64,000 bases of DNA from Bacteroidia bacterium (lineage in GTDB: Bacteria; Bacteroidota; Bacteroidia; UKL13-3): the NCBI GenBank assembly GCA_044370475.1, contig JBILVK010000002.1, positions 9,383 to 73,382 on the forward strand, given 5' to 3'. The translations under genes and the position numbers were made by a program. Below the pieces are notes generated by a model, which was given only the letters and a program-made list of their open reading frames with translations, had not been told where the DNA came from and did no database searches. Every line of letters starts with the position of its first letter. Position 1 is the stretch's first letter. Below, piece by piece: positions 26,352 through 35,533 of this stretch.

Positions 26352-27359
26352 ATGAAACACATTCATTTTACCCAAACTTTCCTACCTAAATTCAATGCCC
26401 CAAAAGCTAAATTAATTTTGCTTTTGATGGTTCAACTTTTTGTTTCCAAACAAGCATCTTCTTGGGGCTTCTTTGCCCATCAAAAAATAAACAGATTAGC
26501 CGTTTATTGCCTGCCTCCAGAAATGTTTGGCTACTTTAAATCTCATATAGATTTTATAAGCGAGCATGCAGTAGACCCAGATAAACGCAGGTACCTAGTA
26601 GAAGGGGAGGGCGTTAAACATTATATCGATATGGATTATTATGAACGTGCATTGCCTTTCGATACCCTGCCAAGGTCTTACCAAAAAGCCATGGAAAAAT
26701 ACACCAAAGATACTTTACATACTTATGGAATTGTACCCTGGAATATTCAATGGATGCTCAGAAATTTAACCCAGGCCTTCCAAGAAAATAATACCCCTAG
26801 AATTCTTAAGTACGCAGCAGAAATTGGACATTATATTGGCGATGCTCATGTGCCTTTGCATACCACTTCAAATTATAACGGACAGCAGACCAATCAACAT
26901 GGCATTCATGGTTTTTATGAGTCTAGACTCCCAGAACTATTCTCCCAGAATTACGATTTTTTTGTAGGTAAAGCTGTTTATCTTCATAAGCCCCTCGATG
27001 CAGCATGGGATGCTGTGGAAGGAAGTTTTGCAGGATTGGATTCTGTTTTTCTCTTTGAAAAATTACTCCACAAAAGTTTTCCAGAAAATCAAAAGTATTC
27101 CTATGAAGCAAAAGGCAATCAATTGCAAAAGGTGTACAGTCCTAATTTTTCTGAATCCTACCATAAACAACTAGATGGAATGGTAGAAAGAAGAATGTCG
27201 GCTGCAATACTCTGCGTGGCTTCATTTTGGTATACCGCCTGGGTAAATGCCGGACAGCCAGATTTTCAATCTAAGCCTATAAATAATCCAGATTCAACAG
27301 ACTTAATCGCCTTTCCAACTTCTTTGCCAGAAAAAATGATTGGTCGCCAAGAAAATTAA
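26352..27359 (+). CDS. zinc-dependent phospholipase C / S1-P1 nuclease superfamily protein
   Basis: The mature N-terminus SWGFFAHQKINRLAV and GDAHVPLHTTSNYNGQ resemble the zinc-binding motifs of this superfamily. Confidence 0.55.
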   Translation: MKHIHFTQTFLPKFNAPKAKLILLLMVQLFVSKQASSWGFFAHQKINRLAVYCLPPEMFGYFKSHIDFISEHAVDPDKRRYLVEGEGVKHYIDMDYYERALPFDTLPRSYQKAMEKYTKDTLHTYGIVPWNIQWMLRNLTQAFQENNTPRILKYAAEIGHYIGDAHVPLHTTSNYNGQQTNQHGIHGFYESRLPELFSQNYDFFVGKAVYLHKPLDAAWDAVEGSFAGLDSVFLFEKLLHKSFPENQKYSYEAKGNQLQKVYSPNFSESYHKQLDGMVERRMSAAILCVASFWYTAWVNAGQPDFQSKPINNPDSTDLIAFPTSLPEKMIGRQEN

Positions 27360-27428
27360 TGCACGTTTTACTACAATTTTAAGTGGTTTTTGTGCATAAC
27401 TTGTTTTTGCTACTAGTTGCCATCACTT

Positions 27429-27436
27429 TATTTTTG
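27429..27436 (+). promoter_or_regulatory. candidate -7 box TATTTTTG upstream of dnaN
   Basis: TAnnTTTG match 72 nt upstream of the ATG. Confidence 0.3.
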
Positions 27437-27470
27437 TTTGCAAGAGGAAATGGCATTATTTCATTTCTTT

Positions 27471-27485
27471 TTGGTTCGAACCGAA
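27471..27485. repeat. iterated motif copy, palindromic variant TTGGTTCGAACCGAA flanked by T-run and A-run
   Basis: CTTTTTGGTTCGAACCGAAAAAAAA in the dnaN leader, 23 nt before the ATG. Confidence 0.85.
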
Positions 27486-27507
27486 AAAAAATTAATATAT
27501 AATAACG

Positions 27508-28629
27508 ATGAAGTTTATTGTAAATAGCAGTGTATTGTTGCGCCACTTGTCATACATAGATGGGGTGGTAGTTGCAAAACCAATTATTCCAATTTTGAAT
27601 AATTTCTTATTCGATATTAAGGATGGTGTATTAACTATTCATTCTACCGATTTAGAAACCACCATGAGCACAAGTATCAAGGTGGATGCTAAGGAGGATG
27701 TCTCTATTGCCATTCCTTCTAAAACCACTTTGGAGTTATTAAAAACATTATCGGATCAGCCATTGGCCTTCTCTATTAATGAAGAAAAGGGCTCGGTAGA
27801 AATTAAATACGAAAGTGGCCGTTTTAAACTTACTGCACAAAAAGGCGATGAGTTCCCTAAAACCCCAGAAGTAGAAGGCGAGAACTCCTTCGAAATTGGT
27901 GCAAAAATTCTCCAAAAAGCCATTAGTAAATCGGTATTTGCAACTAGCTCAGATGAGTTAAGACTTAACTTAACTGGAGTGTATTTGCAATTATTTAAAA
28001 ACAATATCACTTTCGTTGCTACAGATGCAAACCGTTTGGTTAGGTTTACACGCAACGATGTGAAGCCAGGAACAGAAGAGGCTTTAATCCTCCCTAAAAA
28101 AGCATTGAACCTTTTGAAATCATGTTTGCCTAACGATGAAACTCAAGTAAAGGTGAATTTCAATAGACAAAACGCCTATTTTCAAATAGGAGATGTGAAT
28201 TTAATCTGTCGTTTAATAGACGAAAAATATCCTGATTATAGAGCCGTTATTCCTACAGAAAACCCTAATAAACTAACCATCGATAGAGGTGAGTTCTTAA
28301 TGGCTGTTAAACGTGTTTCTATTACCTCAAACAAAACTACACATCAAATTCGATTAAAAATGGTGGGTAGCGAACTTACCATTAGTGCAGAGGACATTGA
28401 TTTTGAAAATGAGTCGCAAGAGAAACTTACTTGCTCTTACGATGGTGAGGACATGGAGATTGGTTTCAATTCTAAATACTTGTTAGAAATGTTAAATACC
28501 ATGGATGCACCGCAGGTTGTTTTGGAATTATCTCAGCCTAATCGTGCAGGCGTTATTGTGCCAGCCAACCAAGATGCAGATGAAGATATTTTGATGTTAA
28601 TTATGCCAATGATGCTGAATAACTACTAA
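27508..28629 (+). CDS. dnaN: DNA polymerase III beta sliding clamp
   Basis: 373 aa. MKFIVNSSVLLRHLSYIDGVV opening and three-domain length; C-terminal MPMMLN. Confidence 0.93.
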   Translation: MKFIVNSSVLLRHLSYIDGVVVAKPIIPILNNFLFDIKDGVLTIHSTDLETTMSTSIKVDAKEDVSIAIPSKTTLELLKTLSDQPLAFSINEEKGSVEIKYESGRFKLTAQKGDEFPKTPEVEGENSFEIGAKILQKAISKSVFATSSDELRLNLTGVYLQLFKNNITFVATDANRLVRFTRNDVKPGTEEALILPKKALNLLKSCLPNDETQVKVNFNRQNAYFQIGDVNLICRLIDEKYPDYRAVIPTENPNKLTIDRGEFLMAVKRVSITSNKTTHQIRLKMVGSELTISAEDIDFENESQEKLTCSYDGEDMEIGFNSKYLLEMLNTMDAPQVVLELSQPNRAGVIVPANQDADEDILMLIMPMMLNNY

Positions 28630-28649
28630 GCATTTTATTATAATAAAAA

Positions 28650-28683
28650 GGCCTTGTATATTTTTATACAAGGCCTTTTTTTT
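28650..28683. terminator. bidirectional rho-independent terminator between dnaN and the convergent gene
   Basis: GGCCTTGTATA-TTTT-TATACAAGGCC (11-bp perfect stem), preceded by AAAAA and followed by TTTTTTTT. Confidence 0.8.
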
Positions 28684-28747
28684 GCTTAGCTAAATATGTT
28701 TACAGCCAATAAAGGCAATTAAATAGCGCGATGCAGCTTACGCGACA

Positions 28748-29977
28748 TTAACTAGAAACAGGTATTCGTCCAACCTGCAATTTGCCATTTACCTTCTTAA
28801 TTACTTTCCTAAAATCTTCAGGAAAATATCCCGAAGTCTTTACCCTTCTGAAATAATTCATAGGATCTCCACCTACATAAATACCCAAATTATTAGATGA
28901 GGTATTATAAGGTTTTTTCAATTGAACAAAGTTCTTGTCGTACAAATACAACCCATAGTCGGGCTTTCTTGTATACTCAGATACATCCTCCACAAAAGAA
29001 CCTATAAAGTAATTAGCAGTGTCAAATGTTACTCCTTCTTTGCTGTTTAAATTGTCGTCCACAAAAACTCCTTCAAAATTACCTCTACTAACCTGATGAG
29101 CTTTGCTGTTCATAAAGAATTCTACTTTACAAAAATCAAAATTGGCGCGCATTTCCTTAATGATATTTAGGTTAGTTTGATTTTGCAATTTCCTTACAAA
29201 ATTGGCATCCTCCACACGCTTTTCCATCACCAACGCATTAATCAATTTTTCATCAGGTTCCTCTAGCATAAATAAGAGTGTTCCTTGTGCACGCTTGTTT
29301 AAATCCTTCACCAGTGCTCCTTCGTCACTCACAATTTTATCTCTTAACCTTAAAGCACTCAACCTAACGCCAATCTCAAAAGCACTTGGTCTTCCCTTAA
29401 AAGTTGTAGCTGTAGTTGCATTGGTAAAACTATGCACATACTTAAGTTCTAAACTGGCCACACTGCCCATGTTTATAGTAAGTCCAACCACTCCACTAAA
29501 ATCAATATCGCCACGGGTATTTAGGTTTTGTGAATCCTGACTTACATCTTTATAAACCCCAAAGTCTAAAACACTGGTTTGGGTGAAGGTTAAATAGGAG
29601 GGTCTAACTCCAACAAATAGCCTAAGATCATCCGACATTCTATCTGGAACATAATTTAAATAGACGCTCAAATCAATAAAATTGCTCTGAAAACGTTTAT
29701 CGGTATTAAAATCCCTAAATCCCAACCAGGCAGCTCCCAATTCTGCCGTATAATCTAATCTATTTAAATACCTATTGGTATGGTATGGCGTAATCGGACT
29801 CTGAAAATAGGCTGCAATACTACCCAATCCTCTACCTACAAAATTCTCGTGTTGTGAGTGTATGGTAGTGAAATTACCATTCAAAATCATGCCGAAACTG
29901 GGCTCATAAATCCGCTGCGCCTGCATATAAAATGGCACAATCATCATTAAAATCAAATGCTTTAAATGGATTTTCAT
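28748..29977 (-). CDS. hypothetical secreted protein; N-terminal half looks like an outer-membrane beta-barrel, C-terminal half unknown
   Basis: Signal peptide (MIVPFYMQAQ) and an alternating aromatic pattern in the first ~200 aa. No family recognised. Confidence 0.4.
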   Translation of the reverse strand: MKIHLKHLILMMIVPFYMQAQRIYEPSFGMILNGNFTTIHSQHENFVGRGLGSIAAYFQSPITPYHTNRYLNRLDYTAELGAAWLGFRDFNTDKRFQSNFIDLSVYLNYVPDRMSDDLRLFVGVRPSYLTFTQTSVLDFGVYKDVSQDSQNLNTRGDIDFSGVVGLTINMGSVASLELKYVHSFTNATTATTFKGRPSAFEIGVRLSALRLRDKIVSDEGALVKDLNKRAQGTLLFMLEEPDEKLINALVMEKRVEDANFVRKLQNQTNLNIIKEMRANFDFCKVEFFMNSKAHQVSRGNFEGVFVDDNLNSKEGVTFDTANYFIGSFVEDVSEYTRKPDYGLYLYDKNFVQLKKPYNTSSNNLGIYVGGDPMNYFRRVKTSGYFPEDFRKVIKKVNGKLQVGRIPVSS

Positions 29978-29981
29978 TTAG

Positions 29982-30908
29982 CTAATTTATAATAAAGTCA
30001 ATGTTTCTCCTCAATCCGTTGTATTTAGTTCGTTTAATTGGCGATTTTTTAAAAAGTTTTGAAAAAACTTCCTCGCTAATATCTGTCCAATCCAAAATAC
30101 TCATTTCTTTCAACATTGGGTTCGGTTCAAACCGAGGCTCACTGTGCTTCTTGGCAAATCTATTCCATGGGCAAACTTCCATGCAAACATCACAACCAAA
30201 CACCCAATCCTCAAATTTTCCCTTCATTTCCTGAGGAATTGCGTCTTTTAATTCAATGGTAAAATAGCTGATGCACATGCTGCCATCAACCTTGTGGGGT
30301 TCGTATAATGCGCCGGTTGGACAAGCATCTAGGCAAGCTGTGCAACTTCCACAATGATCTGTTTGCGCGTGGTCGTATTCCAAATCTAAATCCAAAATGA
30401 GCTCACTTACAAAAAAATAACTCCCAGCTTGCTTATTAATTAAATTGCCATTTTTCCCAAGCCAACCTAAACCACTTTTTATGGCCCAAGCCTTTTCCAT
30501 CACTGGCGCAGAATCCACAAACACCCTTCCAGAAACCTCACCAATCTCCGTCCAAATAAATTGCATCAATTCCTGCAATTTGTCCTTCACAACCACATGG
30601 TAATCCTCCCCAAATGCATATTGAGAAATTTTTATTCGGTCCGAACCAAGCGCCGCTTCTGGGTTATGGTAGTTGTACAATAAACTGATAACAGATTTGG
30701 AGCCTTCAACCAAAAGGGTAGGGTCTAGTCGCTTGTCAAAATGGTTTTCCATGTACTGCATCTTTCCATGCCTTCCTTCTTTTAACCACTGCTCTAGGCG
30801 CGGAGCCTCCTTCTCTAAAAATTCAGCTTTTGAAATGCCGCAAAACGAAAACCCAAGTCGCCTAGCTTCTTCCTTAATAAGTTGAGAATATGTTGACTTG
30901 TTTGTCAA
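29982..30908 (-). CDS. queG: tRNA epoxyqueuosine(34) reductase QueG
   Basis: [16 protein letters not shown] and [11 protein letters not shown] ferredoxin-type motifs. The only early in-frame start is TTG. Confidence 0.88.
   Translation of the reverse strand: MTNKSTYSQLIKEEARRLGFSFCGISKAEFLEKEAPRLEQWLKEGRHGKMQYMENHFDKRLDPTLLVEGSKSVISLLYNYHNPEAALGSDRIKISQYAFGEDYHVVVKDKLQELMQFIWTEIGEVSGRVFVDSAPVMEKAWAIKSGLGWLGKNGNLINKQAGSYFFVSELILDLDLEYDHAQTDHCGSCTACLDACPTGALYEPHKVDGSMCISYFTIELKDAIPQEMKGKFEDWVFGCDVCMEVCPWNRFAKKHSEPRFEPNPMLKEMSILDWTDISEEVFSKLFKKSPIKRTKYNGLRRNIDFIIN
30121..30135. repeat. iterated motif variant TTCGGTTCAAACCGA
   Basis: One core mismatch; inside queG (encodes FEPN). Confidence 0.6.
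30635..30649 (+). repeat. iterated motif variant TTCGGTCCGAACCAA
   Basis: 14 of 15 match; inside queG (encodes LGSDR). Confidence 0.7.
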
Positions 30909-30910
30909 TC

Positions 30911-32467
30911 CTAGATAATAACTTCCTCTCCCTTTGCATTCATAAACTTATAATCTATTAAATGCATACTTTGATTTGGCATTACTTTAATCCACTGCCT
31001 ATAAGCTTTCCACCACCTAAAACGTGGCGATTTAAACCAACCATCTTTAAGAAATGCCGCCAAAAACGGATGTACTTCAATGGTAAATCCTTTTAAATGT
31101 AGATTCTCTATTAAATATTTGATGTGACTTTCTATATCATCTACAATACTAACGCTCGATTGAATTTCACCACTGCCAAGGCAGGTCGGACATTTTTCAT
31201 TGGTTACCACAGCCATTTCTGGCCTCACGCGCTGGCGGGTAATTTGAATTAAGCCAAACGGACTCATTGGAAGAATCTTGTGCTTGGCTCTATCGGTCTT
31301 CATTACCTCCTTTAATTTCTCATAAACCAGCTTTCTGTTTCCAGCGGTTTTTAAGTCAATTAAGTCAATAACAATAATACCACCAAGATCCCTAAGGCGT
31401 AACTGACGGGCAATTTCATCAACCGCCTCCATATTTACCTTTAAGGCATTCTCTTCCTGGTTTTCACCTTTACCAGAGGTGTTCCCACTGTTAACATCTA
31501 TTACATGTAAGGCCTCAGTATGTTCAATGATGAGGTAAGAACCTCCCATGAAATTTACTTCCTTGCCAAAACTGGTTTTAATCTGTTTCTCAATTCCAAA
31601 ATGCTCAAAAATGGGTAGCTTGCCAGCATACAGCTTAACAATATTCTCTAATTCGGGCGATTTACTTTTGAGATATGATTTGATTTTAGTGTATAAAAAG
31701 TTGTCATTTACCTGTATATTGGTATATGTCTCATTCACCAAATCCCTTACCATGGTTAGGGTTCTATCGTTTTCACCTAAAACTTTTTGGGGAGGAGTGG
31801 CATCTCTTAATTGCTTGCACAAATCGTCCCACTTGCCCATCAAGTCTTTCAGGTCGGCTTGCAAATCTTCCTGACTTTCACCTTCAGCATTGGTTCTTAT
31901 AATTACACCAAAGTTTTCTGGCCTAATCGCGTTTACTGCCTCTTTTAACCTGCGACGTTCGTCTTGCTTAACAATTTTCTTAGAAATAGAAACACTATTA
32001 TCAAAAGGCATCATCACCAAAAATCTTCCTGCAAGAGAAAGTTCGGCTGTTAACCTCGGACCTTTGTTAGAAATGGGTTCTTTGCTTATTTGAACCAGTA
32101 CTTGCTGGCTTCTTTTAAAGAGTTCTGTAATCTTACCACCTTTGTTAATATCAGATTCAAGGTGTTCTTGTTTAATTCCAAAATCTTTGGGCCTACTTGC
32201 CCTTAGCATTCTGCTAAATTTTTGGGTTGATTGAAATTGGGGACCTAAATCGAGGTAATGTAAAAAGGCATCTTTTTCGTGGCCTACATCTACAAATGCC
32301 GCGTTTAAACCGGGCATAACTTTACCAACTGTACCTAAATATACATCTCCAACTTGGTAATTATCGTCTACCTTTTCATGATGAAGTTCTATTAACTTCT
32401 TATCCTTAAGAATAGCAATATCAACCCCTCCCGAAGGGTTTGAATTTATTATTAATTCGTAATTCAC
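30911..32467 (-). CDS. rng: ribonuclease E/G family endoribonuclease (RNase G-like)
   Basis: S1 domain ([23 protein letters not shown]), HVIDVNSG and [10 protein letters not shown] catalytic motifs. GTG start. Confidence 0.88.
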   Translation of the reverse strand: MNYELIINSNPSGGVDIAILKDKKLIELHHEKVDDNYQVGDVYLGTVGKVMPGLNAAFVDVGHEKDAFLHYLDLGPQFQSTQKFSRMLRASRPKDFGIKQEHLESDINKGGKITELFKRSQQVLVQISKEPISNKGPRLTAELSLAGRFLVMMPFDNSVSISKKIVKQDERRRLKEAVNAIRPENFGVIIRTNAEGESQEDLQADLKDLMGKWDDLCKQLRDATPPQKVLGENDRTLTMVRDLVNETYTNIQVNDNFLYTKIKSYLKSKSPELENIVKLYAGKLPIFEHFGIEKQIKTSFGKEVNFMGGSYLIIEHTEALHVIDVNSGNTSGKGENQEENALKVNMEAVDEIARQLRLRDLGGIIVIDLIDLKTAGNRKLVYEKLKEVMKTDRAKHKILPMSPFGLIQITRQRVRPEMAVVTNEKCPTCLGSGEIQSSVSIVDDIESHIKYLIENLHLKGFTIEVHPFLAAFLKDGWFKSPRFRWWKAYRQWIKVMPNQSMHLIDYKFMNAKGEEVII

Positions 32468-32552
32468 TGCAATAATTTGTTAGGCAATCAGCTTTTTGCT
32501 GTTGCAATTTTGGGGAGGGTAATCATAAATAACTTAAGAGAAACTGCATAGA

Positions 32553-32587
32553 AAAAAGAAGTAAGGAACTTAAACTTACTTCTTTTT
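32553..32587 (-). terminator. rho-independent terminator after the small basic-protein gene
   Basis: GAAGTAAG-9 nt-CTTACTTC, extended by A/T runs on both sides. Confidence 0.6.
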
Positions 32588-32597
32588 TCGTTAAAAA

Positions 32598-32687
32598 CTA
32601 CTTCTTCTTATGTCTGTTCTTACGAAGACGTTTTTTGCGTTTGTGGGTTGCGATTTTATGACGCTTTCTTTTTTTACCGCTTGGCAT
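32598..32687 (-). CDS. 29-aa highly basic protein MPSGKKRKRHKIATHKRKKRLRKNRHKKK (AURKAIP1/COX24-like; candidate small ribosomal protein of the bS22 type). Not in the ORF track.
   Basis: My own translation gives ATG at 32687 and TAG at 32598-32600. The ATG lies 1 nt after the stop of the upstream TPR gene, and a terminator follows. Confidence 0.7.
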   Translation of the reverse strand: MPSGKKRKRHKIATHKRKKRLRKNRHKKK

Positions 32688-32688
32688 G

Positions 32689-33531
32689 TTAATTGGAATT
32701 TTTAAGGTTATTAATAGTAATCTCTATATTTTTCTTTGCTTCTTCATCTGGCACTAGGCCTTTAAAAGTTTCAAATGCTTTAATTGCTTCCATTTTCTTA
32801 CCTAGCTGACTGTATGTTTCGCCCAAGTAATAGTGGAATTCGGGATTCATGGGTTGAATGCGAACCAAAGTCTCAAACCTAGCAGCTGCCTTATCCATTT
32901 GATTGCTGCGCATAGACAGCATACCCAATGTATAATTAGCTTCAATATTGTTTGAATCCCTACGTGTTACATCCTTAGCCATTTGAACACCTTTCATAAT
33001 GTCGAGGTCGTTTTGGATATAGCAAATTGCTAATGCATTCTTGGCCTCTAAGTTGTTCTCGTTCAATGCTGCCACCTTTTCAAATGCTTTTATGGCTTCC
33101 CTCGAAGCATATATCTGCATGGCAGTATCTTCGCACATTGCGGCAAATTCATAAAACCTGAAACCTGCATTGTACCAAGAATTTTCATCGTTGATTTTCT
33201 CAGCTACTTTGCTAAAATAATGTGCGCCAACTAATTTAAACCCTAAAGAATCCCAGGTTGTTGATAGGTCGGCAATCTCATAAATTTTAGCTTCTGGGTT
33301 ACTGGCCAAATCTGTTTTGGCACTAATATCTTCCCAAGCAGCTGTTGTAATAGAATCTTTTAAACTAGCCAAATAATCATTGAAATCAAAGCTGCGTACC
33401 GGCTGATTTGCAGCAGTAGAAGCTGTTGGCAATACATCTGGCGTGCTCGACTTATAGTTTAAATAAACCAATAGGCCAACCATGCTCAATAGCACCGCTA
33501 CAATGATTATTTGTGCTTTGTTAAATTGCAT
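32689..33531 (-). CDS. membrane-anchored TPR-repeat protein
   Basis: N-terminal TM helix (IIIVAVLLSMVGLLVYL) and C-terminal TPR units (AKNALAICYIQ..., ANYTLGMLSM..., FHYYLGETYSQLGK). Confidence 0.68.
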   Translation of the reverse strand: MQFNKAQIIIVAVLLSMVGLLVYLNYKSSTPDVLPTASTAANQPVRSFDFNDYLASLKDSITTAAWEDISAKTDLASNPEAKIYEIADLSTTWDSLGFKLVGAHYFSKVAEKINDENSWYNAGFRFYEFAAMCEDTAMQIYASREAIKAFEKVAALNENNLEAKNALAICYIQNDLDIMKGVQMAKDVTRRDSNNIEANYTLGMLSMRSNQMDKAAARFETLVRIQPMNPEFHYYLGETYSQLGKKMEAIKAFETFKGLVPDEEAKKNIEITINNLKNSN

Positions 33532-33872
33532 TAAGCTTCTTTTAAGGCTTGCTTAGCTTCTGCTTCTCTCTTAGCTGCTGTAGTTTTTACTACTTCACTT
33601 TTCTTGATTTTTTCAACAAAAGTTTTTGCTGGCTTAAACGAAGGAATATAATGCTCATCAATTACCATAGCAGTATTTTTCGAAATATTGCGAGCAATCT
33701 TCTTAGCACGTCTCTTAATAATAAATGAACCAAATCCACGGAAATACACATTTTTTCCTTCTGTCATGTTGTTGCGCACAACTTTGAAAAATGATTCTAC
33801 TACCTCTTGCACTTGATTTTTCTCTACACCTGTTTTAAGTGAAATCTCTTGGATAATTTCTGCTTTAGTCAT
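33531..33872 (-). CDS. HU/IHF family DNA-binding protein with a Lys/Ala-rich tail
   Basis: MTKAEIIQEISLKTG...FRGFGSFIIKRRAKKIARN...IPSFKPAKTF. Its stop overlaps the next start (TAATG). Confidence 0.85.
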   Translation of the reverse strand: MTKAEIIQEISLKTGVEKNQVQEVVESFFKVVRNNMTEGKNVYFRGFGSFIIKRRAKKIARNISKNTAMVIDEHYIPSFKPAKTFVEKIKKSEVVKTTAAKREAEAKQALKEA

Positions 33873-33940
33873 TGTTAATCTGTATTATATGATTGAATTT
33901 TTTTTACCTTTTTTGTACTTATCTCATTCGTAAGGGGTTG

Positions 33941-33948
33941 CAAATGTA
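33941..33948 (-). promoter_or_regulatory. candidate -7 box TACATTTG upstream of the HU gene
   Basis: TAnnTTTG match 69 nt upstream of the ATG. Confidence 0.4.
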
Positions 33949-34011
33949 TGTATTAGAACTGAAAAAAGGTGTTTTTTTTATAAAATAATTCATTTTTATT
34001 GCAAACATTAA

Positions 34012-35070
34012 ATGATTCCACAAAATCTTCTGGTTCAATGGTACCAAATCCATAAGCGAGATTTGCCTTGGCGAAATACGCAAGACCCATATATCATATG
34101 GCTTTCGGAGGTTATTTTGCAACAAACCAGGGTGGCGCAAGGTATGCCCTATTTTCTAAAGTTTGCACAAGTTTATCCACGTGTAGAAATGTTGGCTCAG
34201 GCAAACCAAGAGCAAATTCTTAAATTATGGCAGGGCTTGGGTTATTATAGCCGGGCCAGAAATATGCACCATACGGCTCAATTGGTAACGAAAAATTATC
34301 AAGGCCAATTTCCAAATTCCTATCTCGGTCTGATCCAACTCAAAGGAATTGGGCCGTACACGGCCGCGGCTATTGCTAGCTTTGCTTTTAATGAGGCTGT
34401 GGCGGTTTTAGATGGTAACGTGTTTAGGGTTATCTCTCGTTATTATGCCCAAGCAGAGCCTATTAACAGTACTGCAGGCAAAAAAATATTTGAGGAGCTT
34501 GCCGCTAAATTCCTAAATAAAAAAATGCCTGCCATACACAATCAGGCCATGATGGAGCTAGGCTCATTAATCTGCACCCCATCTAAACCTAATTGCGGCG
34601 ATTGTCCGCTACAAGCAACTTGCAAGGCCAATCTTACAGGTACGCAACATTTGTTCCCTGTAAAAATCAAGAAAAATGCGCCAAAAACGCGTCATTTCAA
34701 TTATTTCTTCATCAAAGCCAATAACAAAATAGCTTTTATACAGCGGGCTAAGGGCGATATTTGGCAAAATCTTTTTGAATTGCCTCTAATAGAAACCTCT
34801 GAACCTTTTGTTATCGAAAATGCTGAAAAATACCTAGCAACGGCGAATTGGTTCAGACCGAAAAAATTGCCTAAACTGCTTTTTGAAACCAAACATATTT
34901 TAACTCACCAACATATTGAGGCCAAGTTTTTTGAGATTGAACTCGCTGCAAAGGATAAGGCTGCCATTGGCGCTACTTGGTACAATTTGGAGGAGTTTAA
35001 AAAATTACCTATTGCTAGGTTGATGGAAAAGTTTTTTAATTCCGTAAATTTGTATCATGAGTCTAAATAA
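34012..35070 (+). CDS. mutY: A/G-specific adenine DNA glycosylase MutY
   Basis: LPWRNTQDPYIIWLSEVILQQTRV, the HhH-GPD GIGPYTAAAIASFAF, and the FeS loop CTPSKPNCGDCPLQATC. C-terminal NUDIX-like domain. Confidence 0.9.
   Translation: MIPQNLLVQWYQIHKRDLPWRNTQDPYIIWLSEVILQQTRVAQGMPYFLKFAQVYPRVEMLAQANQEQILKLWQGLGYYSRARNMHHTAQLVTKNYQGQFPNSYLGLIQLKGIGPYTAAAIASFAFNEAVAVLDGNVFRVISRYYAQAEPINSTAGKKIFEELAAKFLNKKMPAIHNQAMMELGSLICTPSKPNCGDCPLQATCKANLTGTQHLFPVKIKKNAPKTRHFNYFFIKANNKIAFIQRAKGDIWQNLFELPLIETSEPFVIENAEKYLATANWFRPKKLPKLLFETKHILTHQHIEAKFFEIELAAKDKAAIGATWYNLEEFKKLPIARLMEKFFNSVNLYHESK
34325..34338 (+). repeat. iterated motif variant TCGGTCTGATCCAA
   Basis: One mismatch to TCGGTCTGAACCAA; inside mutY. 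Confidence 0.55.
34848..34867 (-). repeat. iterated motif copy, extended form TTGGTTCAGACCGAAAAAAT
   Basis: Exact 15-mer plus A-run, identical over 20 nt to 15884..15903. Inside mutY (encodes WFRPKK). Confidence 0.92.
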
Positions 35071-35443
35071 GGTGATGTTGATTGGAAATTTGGGGCAAGA
35101 TCCTACAGTGAAATACCTTGAAAGTAACCGCGTAGTGGCTCAGTTTTCAATGGCTACGCACGAGAGCTTTACCGATAAAAATGGCGAAACAAGGGTAGAA
35201 ACTGAATGGCATCAGGTGGTGGTTTGGGATTCTTTGGCCAAATTGGTCGACCAGTTAAAGTTGAAATCTATGCTGATTAAGGGGACACAGGTTTTTGTGG
35301 AGGGCAAAATTAAAACCGAAAATTACCGCGATAAGCAAGGGCTTGAACAAAAACGAAAGGTGATTAAGGCGAGCCAAATTCAATTGCTCACCAATAATAA
35401 ACCTGCTGATTTTAAGCCTCATAGTGAAATACCTGCAGAGTAA
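35057..35443 (+). CDS. ssb: single-stranded DNA-binding protein (OB fold) lacking the canonical acidic C-terminal tip
   Basis: LNKVMLIGNLGQDPTVKY...TEWHQVVVW OB-fold motifs. Ends ...HSEIPAE rather than D-D-D-[IL]-P-F. Start overlaps the mutY end by 14 nt. Confidence 0.82.
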   Translation: MSLNKVMLIGNLGQDPTVKYLESNRVVAQFSMATHESFTDKNGETRVETEWHQVVVWDSLAKLVDQLKLKSMLIKGTQVFVEGKIKTENYRDKQGLEQKRKVIKASQIQLLTNNKPADFKPHSEIPAE

Positions 35444-35502
35444 GATTGTTGAAAAGTGGACAATCTGTTTGCTAGAATTTTCCATTTTTAGCTCATAATC
35501 AT

Positions 35503-35510
35503 TATCTTTG
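35503..35510 (+). promoter_or_regulatory. candidate -7 box TATCTTTG upstream of gldE
   Basis: TAnnTTTG match 24 nt upstream of the ATG. Confidence 0.4.
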
Positions 35511-35533
35511 CTCTTTATTAAGTTTAAAACCAT

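Noticed and set aside
27360-27507. Replication origin next to dnaN
   Set aside because: No dnaA gene is adjacent. I see only one near-consensus DnaA box (TGTGCATAA at about 27390) and no cluster of boxes or obvious AT-rich unwinding repeats.
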